The notes beneath the pieces were generated by a model. It did not search any database, had not been told where the DNA came from, and worked only from the letters and a program-made list of their open reading frames with translations. A program made the translations under genes and the position numbers. 64,000 nt of DNA from NCBI RefSeq assembly GCF_025526975.1, contig NW_026515676.1:744001-808000 (forward strand), in the 5' to 3' direction. The DNA is from Fimicolochytrium jonesii. Lineage: Eukaryota. Of the stretch, positions 34,464 through 45,014 are shown piece by piece (positions within the stretch are counted from its first letter, which is position 1; each line of letters opens with the position of its first letter).

Positions 34464-35083
34464 TTAGTGGACAGACACACCGAGCATGAGGACAATGGCA
34501 ACCGAATCTTTTGTAGCTTACGTGCAAGTGTGCGAAAATGGGTCTCAATGCGCTTATCAGCATTATCAGCATTATCAGCATTAGCCGACCCGTCACTAAG
34601 CATTGCAGATAGCATCGGAGATGTCCCTGTTGCTGTTGCATGCTCCGTAGTGATCAAACGTAAACAACCCAAATGCGATACTGGGATCGGCGTAGGTGAG
34701 CAGACGTTTCCCGGCACTCAGTAATGCGTCGAGGGCATGGGCTGCCTCGCCTGGAGTTGGAGTTGGGGACAACGGAATCCCTTCGATCGCCTCCTTCTCT
34801 CCCGCTCCAAGCTGGTCAGATAGATGTTTTCGTCGGGCATTTACCCACCGGAGAGCATGTTGCTTGTGTTGGGGTGTGCAATTGTGGTGGCATATTCCTC
34901 CGCGGATTCAACGTTGAGGTTGAAGCGTGAGATGATTCCGACTCCATCTTGCTTCAGACGTGTATTAAAACGACCGAGTGTAAGGCCGAGCACCAATTTT
35001 TGCACAAACGCCTCTTCTTACGCCGTATTTGCTTTCTTTCCCACTCGCACTTGCATTACACGCCGCTCTTACAGCCCGCAACG

Positions 35084-37333
35084 ATGCTCCGTCTCGTCGC
35101 CGCCTCCTCCGCCCCCAGGGCTGCCCTCAGGCTCGGCGCCCTCGTCTCCGCCTCCCAACACCAGCAGCCTCGTTTCTTCTCCGCCGCTTCCTCCCTTCTC
35201 GTATGTGTCTTCGGAAGCATTGCACATTCCCACGTCCCTTTCTTGAACTAACGTATACTTTCTCTTTTCAACAGCAAAAGTACCGCACGGAAAAGGATAC
35301 GATGGGAGAGCTCCAAGTGCCCGCAGACAAGTACTGGGGCGCTCAGACTCAGCGGTCCCTAATGAACTTTGATATTGGGGGGGAAACTGAGAGGATGCCT
35401 TATCCCGTGATCAAGGCGTTCGCTATTGTGAAAAAGGCGGCGGCGAAAGTGAATGCTGAGACTCATCTCGATAAGACGGTGGCTGAGGCGATCATCAAGG
35501 CCGCTGATGAGGTATGTGCCAAGCGAGAGTGTGAGCGAGAACGTAAGCGAACGGTTATGGGCAGAGCCTGGCTGGATTGCGCCGTAGGCAAGGTTGATTC
35601 GCGGAGCGAATTCGGACTGTAACGGGCTTTCGCGAGCGAAGCGAGTGATGGTGACCTGTCTGCAACGAGCGAAGCGAACGCCTTTCGGTTGCGATGAGAG
35701 CGAGAGCGGAGCGAACCCACATTGCGCCCTTTGCTTCCCCTCACCGCGGTATGCAGTGAGTGGCAGCGAGCGAAGCGAGGAACCCTCCTGCCTTCCGCCG
35801 CCCAATCTCCTCGTCGCAGCGGAGCGAGCAGGGTATTGTTTCATCCATCAACCATCAACCATCAACCGTCAACCGACCATCCACTCATCACTTCGCTTCA
35901 TCGATCGCTTGTATTCATGCCCCTCCCTCTTGTTTCCATTAGGTAATTGCAGGACAACACAAGGAACACTTCCCGCTGGTTGTCTGGCAGACGGGCAGCG
36001 GCACACAGACCAACATGAACGTGAACGAAGTCTTGTCCAACCGCGCGATCGAGATCCTCGGCGGTGAACTGGGCAGCAAGAAACCCGTTCACCCAAACGA
36101 CCACGTCAACAATGGCCAGTCCAGTAACGACACCTTCCCAACCGCAATGCACGTCGCCGCCGCCATCGAAACCCATGAACGTCTTCTCCCCGGCCTACAA
36201 AAGCTCGAAAAAGCGCTCCAAGCAAAGGTCGCCGAGTTCGCCGGCATCGTCAAGATCGGGCGCACCCACTTGCAGGACGCGACACCCCTAACCCTTGGCC
36301 AGGAGTTTTCCGGCTACGCCCAGCAGGTCACTTATGCGATTGAGAGGGTTAAGGATACGCTGCCGAGGCTGTATAACCTTGCGCAGGGTGGGACGGCTGT
36401 TGGGACAGGGTTGAATGCGAAGAAGGGGTTTGCGGAGAAGGTTGCGGCGCAGATTGCGCAGGATACGGGAATCCCTTTCCGGACTGCTCCCAACAAGGTG
36501 AGATTTGGAGGGTATCCGTGAGTTACTTCAGTTCATTGATGAACCGTAGGGAATTGACTGTTATCTCAAAATCTCCAGTTTGAAGCCCTGGCCGCTCACG
36601 ATGCGATCGTAGAAGCCAGTGGCGCCCTCAACACCGTCGCGGTCTCCCTCAACAAGATCGCCAACGATATCCGCCTCCTCGGGTCAGGGCCCCGCTGCGG
36701 ATTGGGTGAACTTCGTCTGCCCGAGAACGAGCCTGGTTCTTCCATCATGCCTGGGAAGGTGCGTAATGCACGAGGGAAAAAATCATTCGTCTCATCGACA
36801 CTCTTGTCTGATTGACATTCATGCTTTTAGGTCAACCCAACGCAATGCGAAGCCATGACGATGGTGTGCGCCCAAGTGATTGGAAACCACACCGCCATTT
36901 CCGTCTCAGGTCTTCAAGGTCACTTTGAGGTATGTCTCGACGTATCCATCCAATCCTGCATGCCCTTCCCGTTCCAACTCAATATTAACCCACACCCCTC
37001 TCCTCCCCGCAGCTGAACGTCTTCAAACCCGTCCTGATTCGCAACCTCCTCCACTCCATCCGTCTCCTCGCCGACGCCTCCACTTCCTTCACCGACAAAT
37101 GCATCATCGGCATCCAGGCCAACACCGACCGCATCCACTCCCTCCTGCACGAATCCCTCATGCTTGTCACGGCGCTCAACCCCTATATTGGGTATGATAA
37201 TGCGGCAAAGGCGGCAAAGAAGGCCCATAAGGAGGGGACGACGTTGAAGGAGGCCACCGTGAGTTTGGGGCTTTTGACACCGGAGGAGTTTGAGAAGTAT
37301 GTGAGGCCTGAGACGATGATTGGGCCCAAGTAG
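35084..37333 (+). CDS. FUM1: Class II fumarate hydratase, mitochondrial precursor, multi-exon
   Basis: Arg/Ala/Ser-rich presequence, [37 protein letters not shown] and signature [11 protein letters not shown]. Ends in MIGPK*. Confidence 0.97.
35512..35942 (+). other. Long intron (431 nt) with GCGAGCGAAGCGA and CAACCAT motifs
   Basis: GTATGT donor and ATTAG acceptor join [17 protein letters not shown] in frame. Confidence 0.85.
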
Positions 37334-37609
37334 AGGGTGAGGAGGGATATAGATGGGAGTTGTTGTGTTATTAGAATGGTACTAGACATAACAACGCTCA
37401 ACTGTTTGAGCTTTGCGTGATTTCCCTTTTTTTTCTCGTTCTAGCTCTTTCTAGTCCCTACGCGTTAGTTTCTGCATGTGGAGCATATTAATATCCTCGA
37501 TGAATCCGTTGACGGTCGCTTTCCGCGAGTTGAGATCTGTTCCAAACATACTGCTCAGCTCATCCCGAACTGCTTGTGCTGCATGCATTCTCATAATTGG
37601 GGGTGTATG

Positions 37610-38500
37610 TCACCATCGCGGGCATGACGGGCTTTGACAGTGCGAAGTGGGCGGGGGGGGGGGGGGGGGTGTCAAAAGTCAACCGTCCCGTCTATGTGAA
37701 ACCGCAGGCAGGTGGCACTGGCAATCCCTTTGGAAAGTCGTACCGGAGTGCGGGTGCAGCGCAGCGGAGCCTGGAACAAGTTTGCGCCCGTATTTTTTGA
37801 GAAAGTGAGTGCACTGTTCCAATTCTCGCACATCCGATGAGCGAGTCCCTCCGGGTCCTCTCGTTCGAGCATTCGCCATTCCGACGATTCTCGCTCGGGA
37901 TTCCTTCTTGCTGTGCGCAAATCCTACGAGATACGACGGGTGCCCGCGCTATGCGAATCTACTCGTGCCAAGGTCTCGTATCGTACTCGCCCGCAGTCGC
38001 CCCGAGGGCGCTCCGGCGGCACTCGCTGGTGCCCGCCTTCACGCAGCGTGGGAAGGACCGCGTCGAGGATGATACGAGACCTTTGGCACGGGTACAATAC
38101 CATTCGCCGAGTGAGGGAGCACTCATTGGCAGGTGAGCGTCTCCATGATGATACGGGCGGAACGTATATCTCCTGTCGACAGCCCCCGCTGTTGCCGTCA
38201 CTGCTGGCTATGCAACGGCTGGTTCGGTGTTTACCGGTTTTGCGAAGCAACGAATGTGTGGGATTGGCCGCGCATCCTGCCGAAAGAAAGCGCTTGGGGA
38301 GTGTGGCGCTGCTATATGAGATATGTATATAAAGGGGAATGTGATAACTTGTCAAGTAATATGGGATCTCTACGGGACCGACGAAGCGCTTTGGAGGACG
38401 ATGCTGTGTTGGCGGGGATCGGTCGGTCAGATGAACTTTCCATTGATTAGATCTAGTCGAGCCGTCGGTGTTTCTGGTCTGTTGACCGACAAGGATGTAC
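37610..38500. ncRNA. Candidate structured non-coding RNA or fold-back element, family unrecognised
   Basis: 37964-37982 pairs with 38071-38090 (one bulge) and encloses three short hairpins. Further inverted repeats lie on both sides. G17 run at 37653-37669. Confidence 0.35.
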
Positions 38501-38810
38501 ACGAACCGTCTATACTGTATACCTTCTTGTGATTGATCCACATTGTATATATACTGTACATCCAACCTCTCCTCTATCTAAAAGACGAAGCACTTGCTTT
38601 AGATGCCCTGTGCAGGATGCGTCCTAACGTCCGCATATGTTCGCCCCGCTAACAGCCTAACATTTCGCACTTACGCCGTGCGGGTCTCTCCCCCCTCACC
38701 ACCCCACACAAACTCCGTCCCATTCCCAACATGCACGCTGCAAAACATCCCAAAAAAACCCCCCGCCATGCTGCTCTTTGTGGTATCCTGATTGTTTTTC
38801 ACGAACCGCA

Positions 38811-40514
38811 TCACGATTCAAGCACACCCGCCAACAAATCCTTCTTATGCAGCAGCTCCAGGTATCGTTTGATGAACGGTCCGTAATTGAAGCGGCGGCG
38901 GATGTTTTCTGCCTGTAAAACCATCACAGGATCAATAAACCCATCCTGTTGCCCCCCCACAGTGCGGGAGGGGAGTGTCTTTCGCGGGGTTTACCTTACT
39001 GCGTTCCCGGTCACTCCTCAACGCCTCGATCCCCCGCTGCGTCGCATCACACTGCGCCAGCACGATCCTCAACGTCGACACCATCGCCTCCCGTTCCTCG
39101 TCGTTGAGGGTAGGCAGCGAGTCCAGCCGCGCGCGCATCTCCTCCGCGACTTTTGTCTGTTCGGCGTGCTCGGCAGTCAGTGTGAGCAGCCGGTCGTGGG
39201 TCACCGCCATGAGGTTGAATTCCACTGCGTCGTTTTCGTAACTATGCGAGGGGAGAAACGTGATGAGTTTTTCCACACCACCCGAGTGCATATACAATCC
39301 ACGCGCCACAGCCACCAACGTAGCCGGTAGGGAAACGATACTAACCCCTTCATCCGCTCCCTGACTGCCCCCAACGCAACACCCACCCACCCCTGCCCCT
39401 CCCCGACCGCACCCAACCGCTTGGCCCACCTCTTCAACCCATCCACTTCCCACACACTGCCCCTGTACATCAGATACGAGATGAAGTGGTACGGCGGGTC
39501 CTGCTCGTCTTCTTCATGTTTTCGTTTTTTGCTTTTTGGGGTGTGGTTTTCGGGGATGGGGTAGTTTAGAACGGGGAGGTCTGTTTGGCTTTTGGGGGCG
39601 TTAGTGGTATGGAGGGAAGGGGGAAAGGATGGGTGGGGGCAGGGAGGGAGGGACGGAACGTTACCGAGCAAAACTGTTGTGAGCGGTGCGGAGGGCGTGG
39701 CTGTTGACTAGGGCTAGGCCTCTCATCTATTCGGTCATGGAAAAAAAAAAAGAACGAACCCATTCGGCGCACATGAGCATCAGATTCATCCCCCGGAAAG
39801 AAAAGATGGGACGGAGGGAGAACGTACAGCCGGCGAGAAATCCCTCGTAAACTCCTTAAACCGTCGCAACTCATCCCCAATGTCGATCCCGGGCACGTCG
39901 GAGCAGTTCAGCGCGATGCTAACAAGTGCCTGCGTCGCACAGGCGTTTTCCACCACCTAACTCAAAAAAATCATCAATCCCAACCGCTACATGAATAGAG
40001 GGATGTGAGGCGTATATACCTGATTTAGAAAAAACAAGCCGTCCCCATCCTTCTCGCCCGGTTGCTTCGCGCTCTCCTCCGTGTCCGCGTCTTGCCATCG
40101 GAAGAGGAAGATTAGGCCGTAGATTTGTCTACCGGACCATCACGATCGTTAATCCTGACCCAACGGTTCACGAGTGAAAGATGGTATCGTACCCTAGCGC
40201 GTCAAAAGAACCCTCATCCATCGAAAAGATCTCCTCCACCTGCACGCCTTTGATGCCGATCTTGGCTGCTAGTTCCGTGAACACCGCTAAATTCTCCCCA
40301 AGACATAGATAAGGATCTCAGCTTTCAAAGTCTTATGCGAGAAGTCATCCTCACCTGGATCGCTCTCGATGGTTGACCATGGGGACGCTTCTAGCGGGTC
40401 GCCGACGCGCACATCGAGTTCGTTAGGTGGTATTGACGGGGGCTGTGGTGGAGCAGGGAGTGTTGTGGAGGGTAGACCGCCGTCTGTGTCGTCGTCGGTG
40501 GTTGTGTTTGGCAT
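38811..40514 (-). CDS. Ubiquitin C-terminal hydrolase, UCH37/BAP1 subfamily, multi-exon
   Basis: WSTIESDP, IYGLIFLFRW, QVVENACATQA (catalytic Cys), YHFISY, EVDGLK, FNLMAV and ULD tail ENIRRRFNYGPFI. Confidence 0.92.
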
Positions 40515-40844
40515 TTTGAGGCCAATGTCGGCGGGGTGCACTTTCCCAGAAAAAGTTGGAACGCGAAGTGAACATGAAGGAGCGGAGCAAAAGAAGACGA
40601 ACGACTATCCCCACAACGGGTCGCCGACGCTGTCAACAAGGTTGTGTTCTCTAGCGAATGGTGGATGTATCAAGAATGCATGCTAGGCTGTCTAGACCCC
40701 TTCTGCAATATGTTATGTCTACGGTATGGTCAAGGGTCACCTCACTCTAATGCTGCACCTGGCGTTAGTCTCCCTCTCTCTCCAGCTATCCAAAAACCCA
40801 TCTCATACCCTCCCCAAATGCTATCACGAAACCCACAACTCCCA

Positions 40845-42095
40845 TCAATGCACCTCCTGCGTCTCCAACCACCGCTCACAATCCAGCGCCGCCGCACACC
40901 CGGATCCAGCAGCCGTAACAGCCTGCCTATACCGCCTATCCTGCACGTCGCCCGCGGCAAACACGCCCTCGACGCTCGTCAGCGACGTTCCCGGCGTCGT
41001 CACGATATACCCATCCGCGTCCATTTTCACCGGACTTTCACCACCTGTCTCGCTTTTAAGCATGGAGGTGTTGGGCGTGTGTCCGATGGCGTAGAAGAGG
41101 CCATTGACGGAGAGTGAGCGGTTCTCGCCCGTTTTCGTGTCCTGCACGATCAGCGCTTTGAGCAGCTTGCCGTCACCCGTAGCTTCGACGGGGACGGTGT
41201 TCCACAGGACTTCAATTTTGGGGTGTTTGAGTAACCGGTCAGCCATTGTTTTCGACGCGCGTAACTTGTCTCGGCGGACGAGGACGTAGACTTTTGACGC
41301 GTATTTCGTGAGAAAGGTGGCTTCCTCGGCCGCCGAGTCGCCGCCGCCGACAACCGCAAGGGGTTTCTTGCGAAAAATGGGCACGGCCCCATCGCAGACG
41401 GCGCAGGCGGAGATGCCGGCCTGCCAGTATTTGTCTTCGCCGGGGATGTGCATGCGTTTCGCGGTTGCGCCGGTGGCGATAACGACGGAGTGGGCGAGAA
41501 CCGGGGGTTCATCTTCGCGGCCTTCTGGATATAGTTTGAACGGGCGGGAGGATAGGTCGACTTTCGTGATGGTTTCGGTGCGGATTTCGGTGCCGACGCT
41601 GACGGACTGGGCGCGGAATTTGTCGGTTAGGTCAGGGCCGGATATGCCGGTGGGGAAACCCGGGAAGTTTTCGACGTCGGTGGTTGTTGTGAGTTGGCCA
41701 CCGGCTGCGACGCCGCCAGCCATGAAACCTTCGTAGAGGATGGGGCGGAGGTTGGCGCGGGCGAGGTAGATGGCGGCGGTGTGGCCCGCCGGACCTGAGC
41801 CGATGATGACGCAGGGGTGAGGCTGTGAGGCGCCGTCGGGGGACTGTGGTGGTGGTGGGGCATTATTTGTCGCTGTGGAGGACGGACGGGAGAGTATTGT
41901 TTGGGATGGAGGGTGCGGGGTTGTGAGGCCGACAGTGGTTGCGGACAAACGTGGGATGAGAGTGTGCAGGGCGCCTGTCGTTGTTGTTGTTGGGAGATAT
42001 TGCGAGGACGATATGAGTGAGGAAGAAGCCCGTGAGGCCCAGCGAGCAGCGAGGCGGTTTATTATGAGCGTCGAGGCGGTGTTGACGGCGGCCAT
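40845..42095 (-). CDS. TRR1: Low-molecular-weight thioredoxin reductase with N-terminal extension (intronless)
   Basis: [24 protein letters not shown], redox motif [14 protein letters not shown] and FAAGDVQD. Confidence 0.96.
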   Translation of the reverse strand: MAAVNTASTLIINRLAARWASRASSSLISSSQYLPTTTTTGALHTLIPRLSATTVGLTTPHPPSQTILSRPSSTATNNAPPPPQSPDGASQPHPCVIIGSGPAGHTAAIYLARANLRPILYEGFMAGGVAAGGQLTTTTDVENFPGFPTGISGPDLTDKFRAQSVSVGTEIRTETITKVDLSSRPFKLYPEGREDEPPVLAHSVVIATGATAKRMHIPGEDKYWQAGISACAVCDGAVPIFRKKPLAVVGGGDSAAEEATFLTKYASKVYVLVRRDKLRASKTMADRLLKHPKIEVLWNTVPVEATGDGKLLKALIVQDTKTGENRSLSVNGLFYAIGHTPNTSMLKSETGGESPVKMDADGYIVTTPGTSLTSVEGVFAAGDVQDRRYRQAVTAAGSGCAAALDCERWLETQEVH

Positions 42096-42609
42096 TGCGA
42101 CTGTTGGTGATTGGGAGCAACGCAGGGGTGTTGGTTGACACTGTTGCGGTTGCGTTCTGAGCCCTTTTTCCCCGCCGATATAAGACTAGGTATGCAAGCG
42201 AGAAATGTCACGTGAGCTGGACACATTCAATACGCACGTTGTTTTTCTCTCTCTCTCTCTCGGCGCTCTGACGCTTTCCGACGCGCCCTCTCAGCGCACC
42301 GCGCACCCCGTTGGCAGACGCGCACGCACTCAAGCGGCAGACCGCGCGGAGTCAGACTGGGAGTGGGAAGCTGGGAAGGGAAGCGACGGTGACGGGAGAG
42401 ACGAGAGACTGTGACTGTGACTGTGCATACTCGAAATGGAAGTTGCATCCATTCGTGTCGACGAGTTTTGGCAGGAAACGTAGTACTACATATACAGTAC
42501 GTTCGTGCTGCAACAGTTATATAGCAGTTTTGGACCAGCATCCCGGAGAGAGAGAAGCCCCGTCCTCTTCAAGAACAACATAGAGGGAGAGACTATCCCC
42601 ATCTGACAA

Positions 42610-44675
42610 ATGCGGACCGACGACGTCCTCACCGACACACCTCCGCCGACATGTCCCATTCCGCCACGGAACCCTCGCGCAAAACCGCCACGGAGGCAGA
42701 TCGTCTTTGTCGACCCGGAGGATAACACTTCACCTTGGTGGTGGCCTGCAATGGTACATTCAGAACACTCTGCTGTGTAGGATGTGTGGCATTCGAAATC
42801 TGAATTGTTGACGCTTTTGGGATGGTTGGGTGTAGGTTGTGCCGAAGGATGAGTTTCATACGTTCAAGAAGAGTGTGAACGGACAGGTTACGAATCCGAG
42901 GGAAGGCGAATGTGTCGTTGTGTACTTTGAAGATGCTTCCTTGTAAGTGTCACGTAGTCTTTAGGCCTCACGCCGATTCTTGTCGGGTGCAGTCACAGTG
43001 GAGCCGAAGGAGGTGGAAAGCTGGCGATTTGGGAAGAGCCCACCCAAATCTATTCGCAACACTCAACTTAGGACGTTTACCCAATCTCTCACAAAAAAAG
43101 CAACATAGTCCGCGAATCCGATTTCAAAGCCTTCTGCCCATTCCGCCCCCCTTACACCTCCTACGTCGACGGCAAGAACGGCAAAGCCTTCTGCACCGAT
43201 AAAGCTGTAATCCTCGCCACGCTCTACTGGGAATCCGGCAAAATCCCGCCTGCTTTCACCTGGCTCCAGAGCTGCGTGTTTGAAGACCGCTCGAAAGTGC
43301 CTCGGTTGCACTCAGACGACGCGGTGGCTGCTGCTGCGGCGGCGGCGGCAATCGCGGATGGGAAGAGGGAGAAGAGTGGGGAGAATGAGGAGGATGGTGG
43401 TGGGGACGCGGGGAAGAAGAGAGGGTCGGGGGCTGTGAGTAGGAGGACGAGCCATACGGGCTTGGTGAGGAAGGACTCGATGAATAAGATGGGGGTAACG
43501 AAAGGCGTTGAGAAGCAGGCTGGACCTAAAAAGGCGAGTAGAGAAAGTCTTCTGGGTCATGCGGGATCGGTACACTATCGGAGTCGAGGGCTTACACTGT
43601 TTGCATCCTGACAGGCCCACGCAACACTCGCATCCACGAAAACCAACGGCTCCCTCAAATCTTCGCTGCCCGCAAACAGCATCGCTGCCGCAACCGCAAT
43701 CACCCACGCAAAACCAAAACAAACGGCCAAAACCTCACAGGGACAAGCACATCCCACAAGTAGGGGCACGAACAACTATTGCTTTGCATACATCTTCCCG
43801 AGTCTATCCTAACCCTACCCCCTCCCCTTAGTCTCCCGCCTGGGCACCAAGCGCGCCCGCGACCCCCTCCCGCCCTCCACAACCTACCCCTCCCTCTCCA
43901 CCTGCTCCAAATGCAATCAACCCAACCCCAACAAATCCCGCAAGACTACAGCAGCAACACCACTGCGAGCGATGGTCGTCCCCATCGCCAACGAAACGGG
44001 TATCGTGCCGCTGGCGCTGTGTCAGAGCTGTCGACGGCTGTTGGATGAGTGTTTGCCGGCGCCGCATATTGTGGAGGAGGATGAGGAGGGGGGGTGGCGG
44101 CCTGGTATGTTTTTGTGTTCCAGGAAGGTTTTCCAACATCGGCGCGCTACTCACGTTAGAAACGTTTCGTATCAGAACCTAGAGACCTGAAATTCCTACG
44201 CAGAGTGCTACCGGAAAGCAATCGAGATAAATTGGTGCGGCATTACCAAGGTGAGCAACCGAGCATCCACATCCTCTCACAAGCCCCCACCGCTTCATCT
44301 TACACTCCCTTTTTACCAGCCCTCCAACAAACCCTAACCGCAGCCCACCCCAGCCCGAGCATACCCGCACTCGCACCCGCACCACTTCTCCCCACGACAA
44401 CAACACCAACATCGCCACCCCCAACCTCCCAACCATCAAATCCGAACTTATCCCTACCCGCCTTACCACCAGCACCCTCCCCAACCTCACCCATAACAAC
44501 CGACGTACCACAATCACAACCACATTCATCACCCTCCCCACTCCCCCCAATCGAACAACAAAATGGACAGGCGAGCGTTATAGACGCTATACCCCCGCCG
44601 CCACCGCCTCCGTTGGAATCGGAAGTGGAAACGGAAGTGGCGCCGCAGCCTATGGAGGTTGATGTTGCGCCATAG
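42610..44675 (+). CDS. PWWP-like domain protein with a putative CxxC...CxxC zinc site, multi-exon
   Basis: Spliced exons: IVFVDPEDNTSPWWWPAM|VVPKDEF...VVVYFEDASF|NIVRESDFKAF, later CSKC...LCQSC, then a Pro-rich tail ending MEVDVAP*. Confidence 0.75.
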
Positions 44676-45014
44676 TTAAAGTTACCTGACGGTGGATGGT
44701 ACCATTGTTTAACGATGGTGACCATGCCAGACCCATGTACACACAGTTTTGTTTCAAAGCGTGAAAGGAAATGTTGGTTTTGAAATGATGAAAAATGCAA
44801 AAAGAGAGTTTTGTATCGCATCGCTCACTTTCCCACGGCGCATTCCCATAAAGAAACCAATGAACACTGTGAATGTGAAAGAAAACCCAAAATTGCTCCA
44901 TGTCTTCAGAACAGTATACACCTCGTACGCCTTTGAGAATAAACTACCGCCAATCTAAAACAGCCACATGCATCCCACACGCCTCGCCAGGCCTCATCTC
45001 CGCTCGCACCAACT

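Noticed and set aside
37792..37810. Telomerase RNA (Sm-like site followed by a 5' splice site, as in S. pombe TER1)
   Set aside because: No telomere-template sequence (CCCTAA-type) found on either strand between FUM1 and the UCH gene.
37860..37900. HDV-like ribozyme (minus-strand GGAATGGCGAATG)
   Set aside because: No room for P1/P3/L3. It folds as a simple hairpin.
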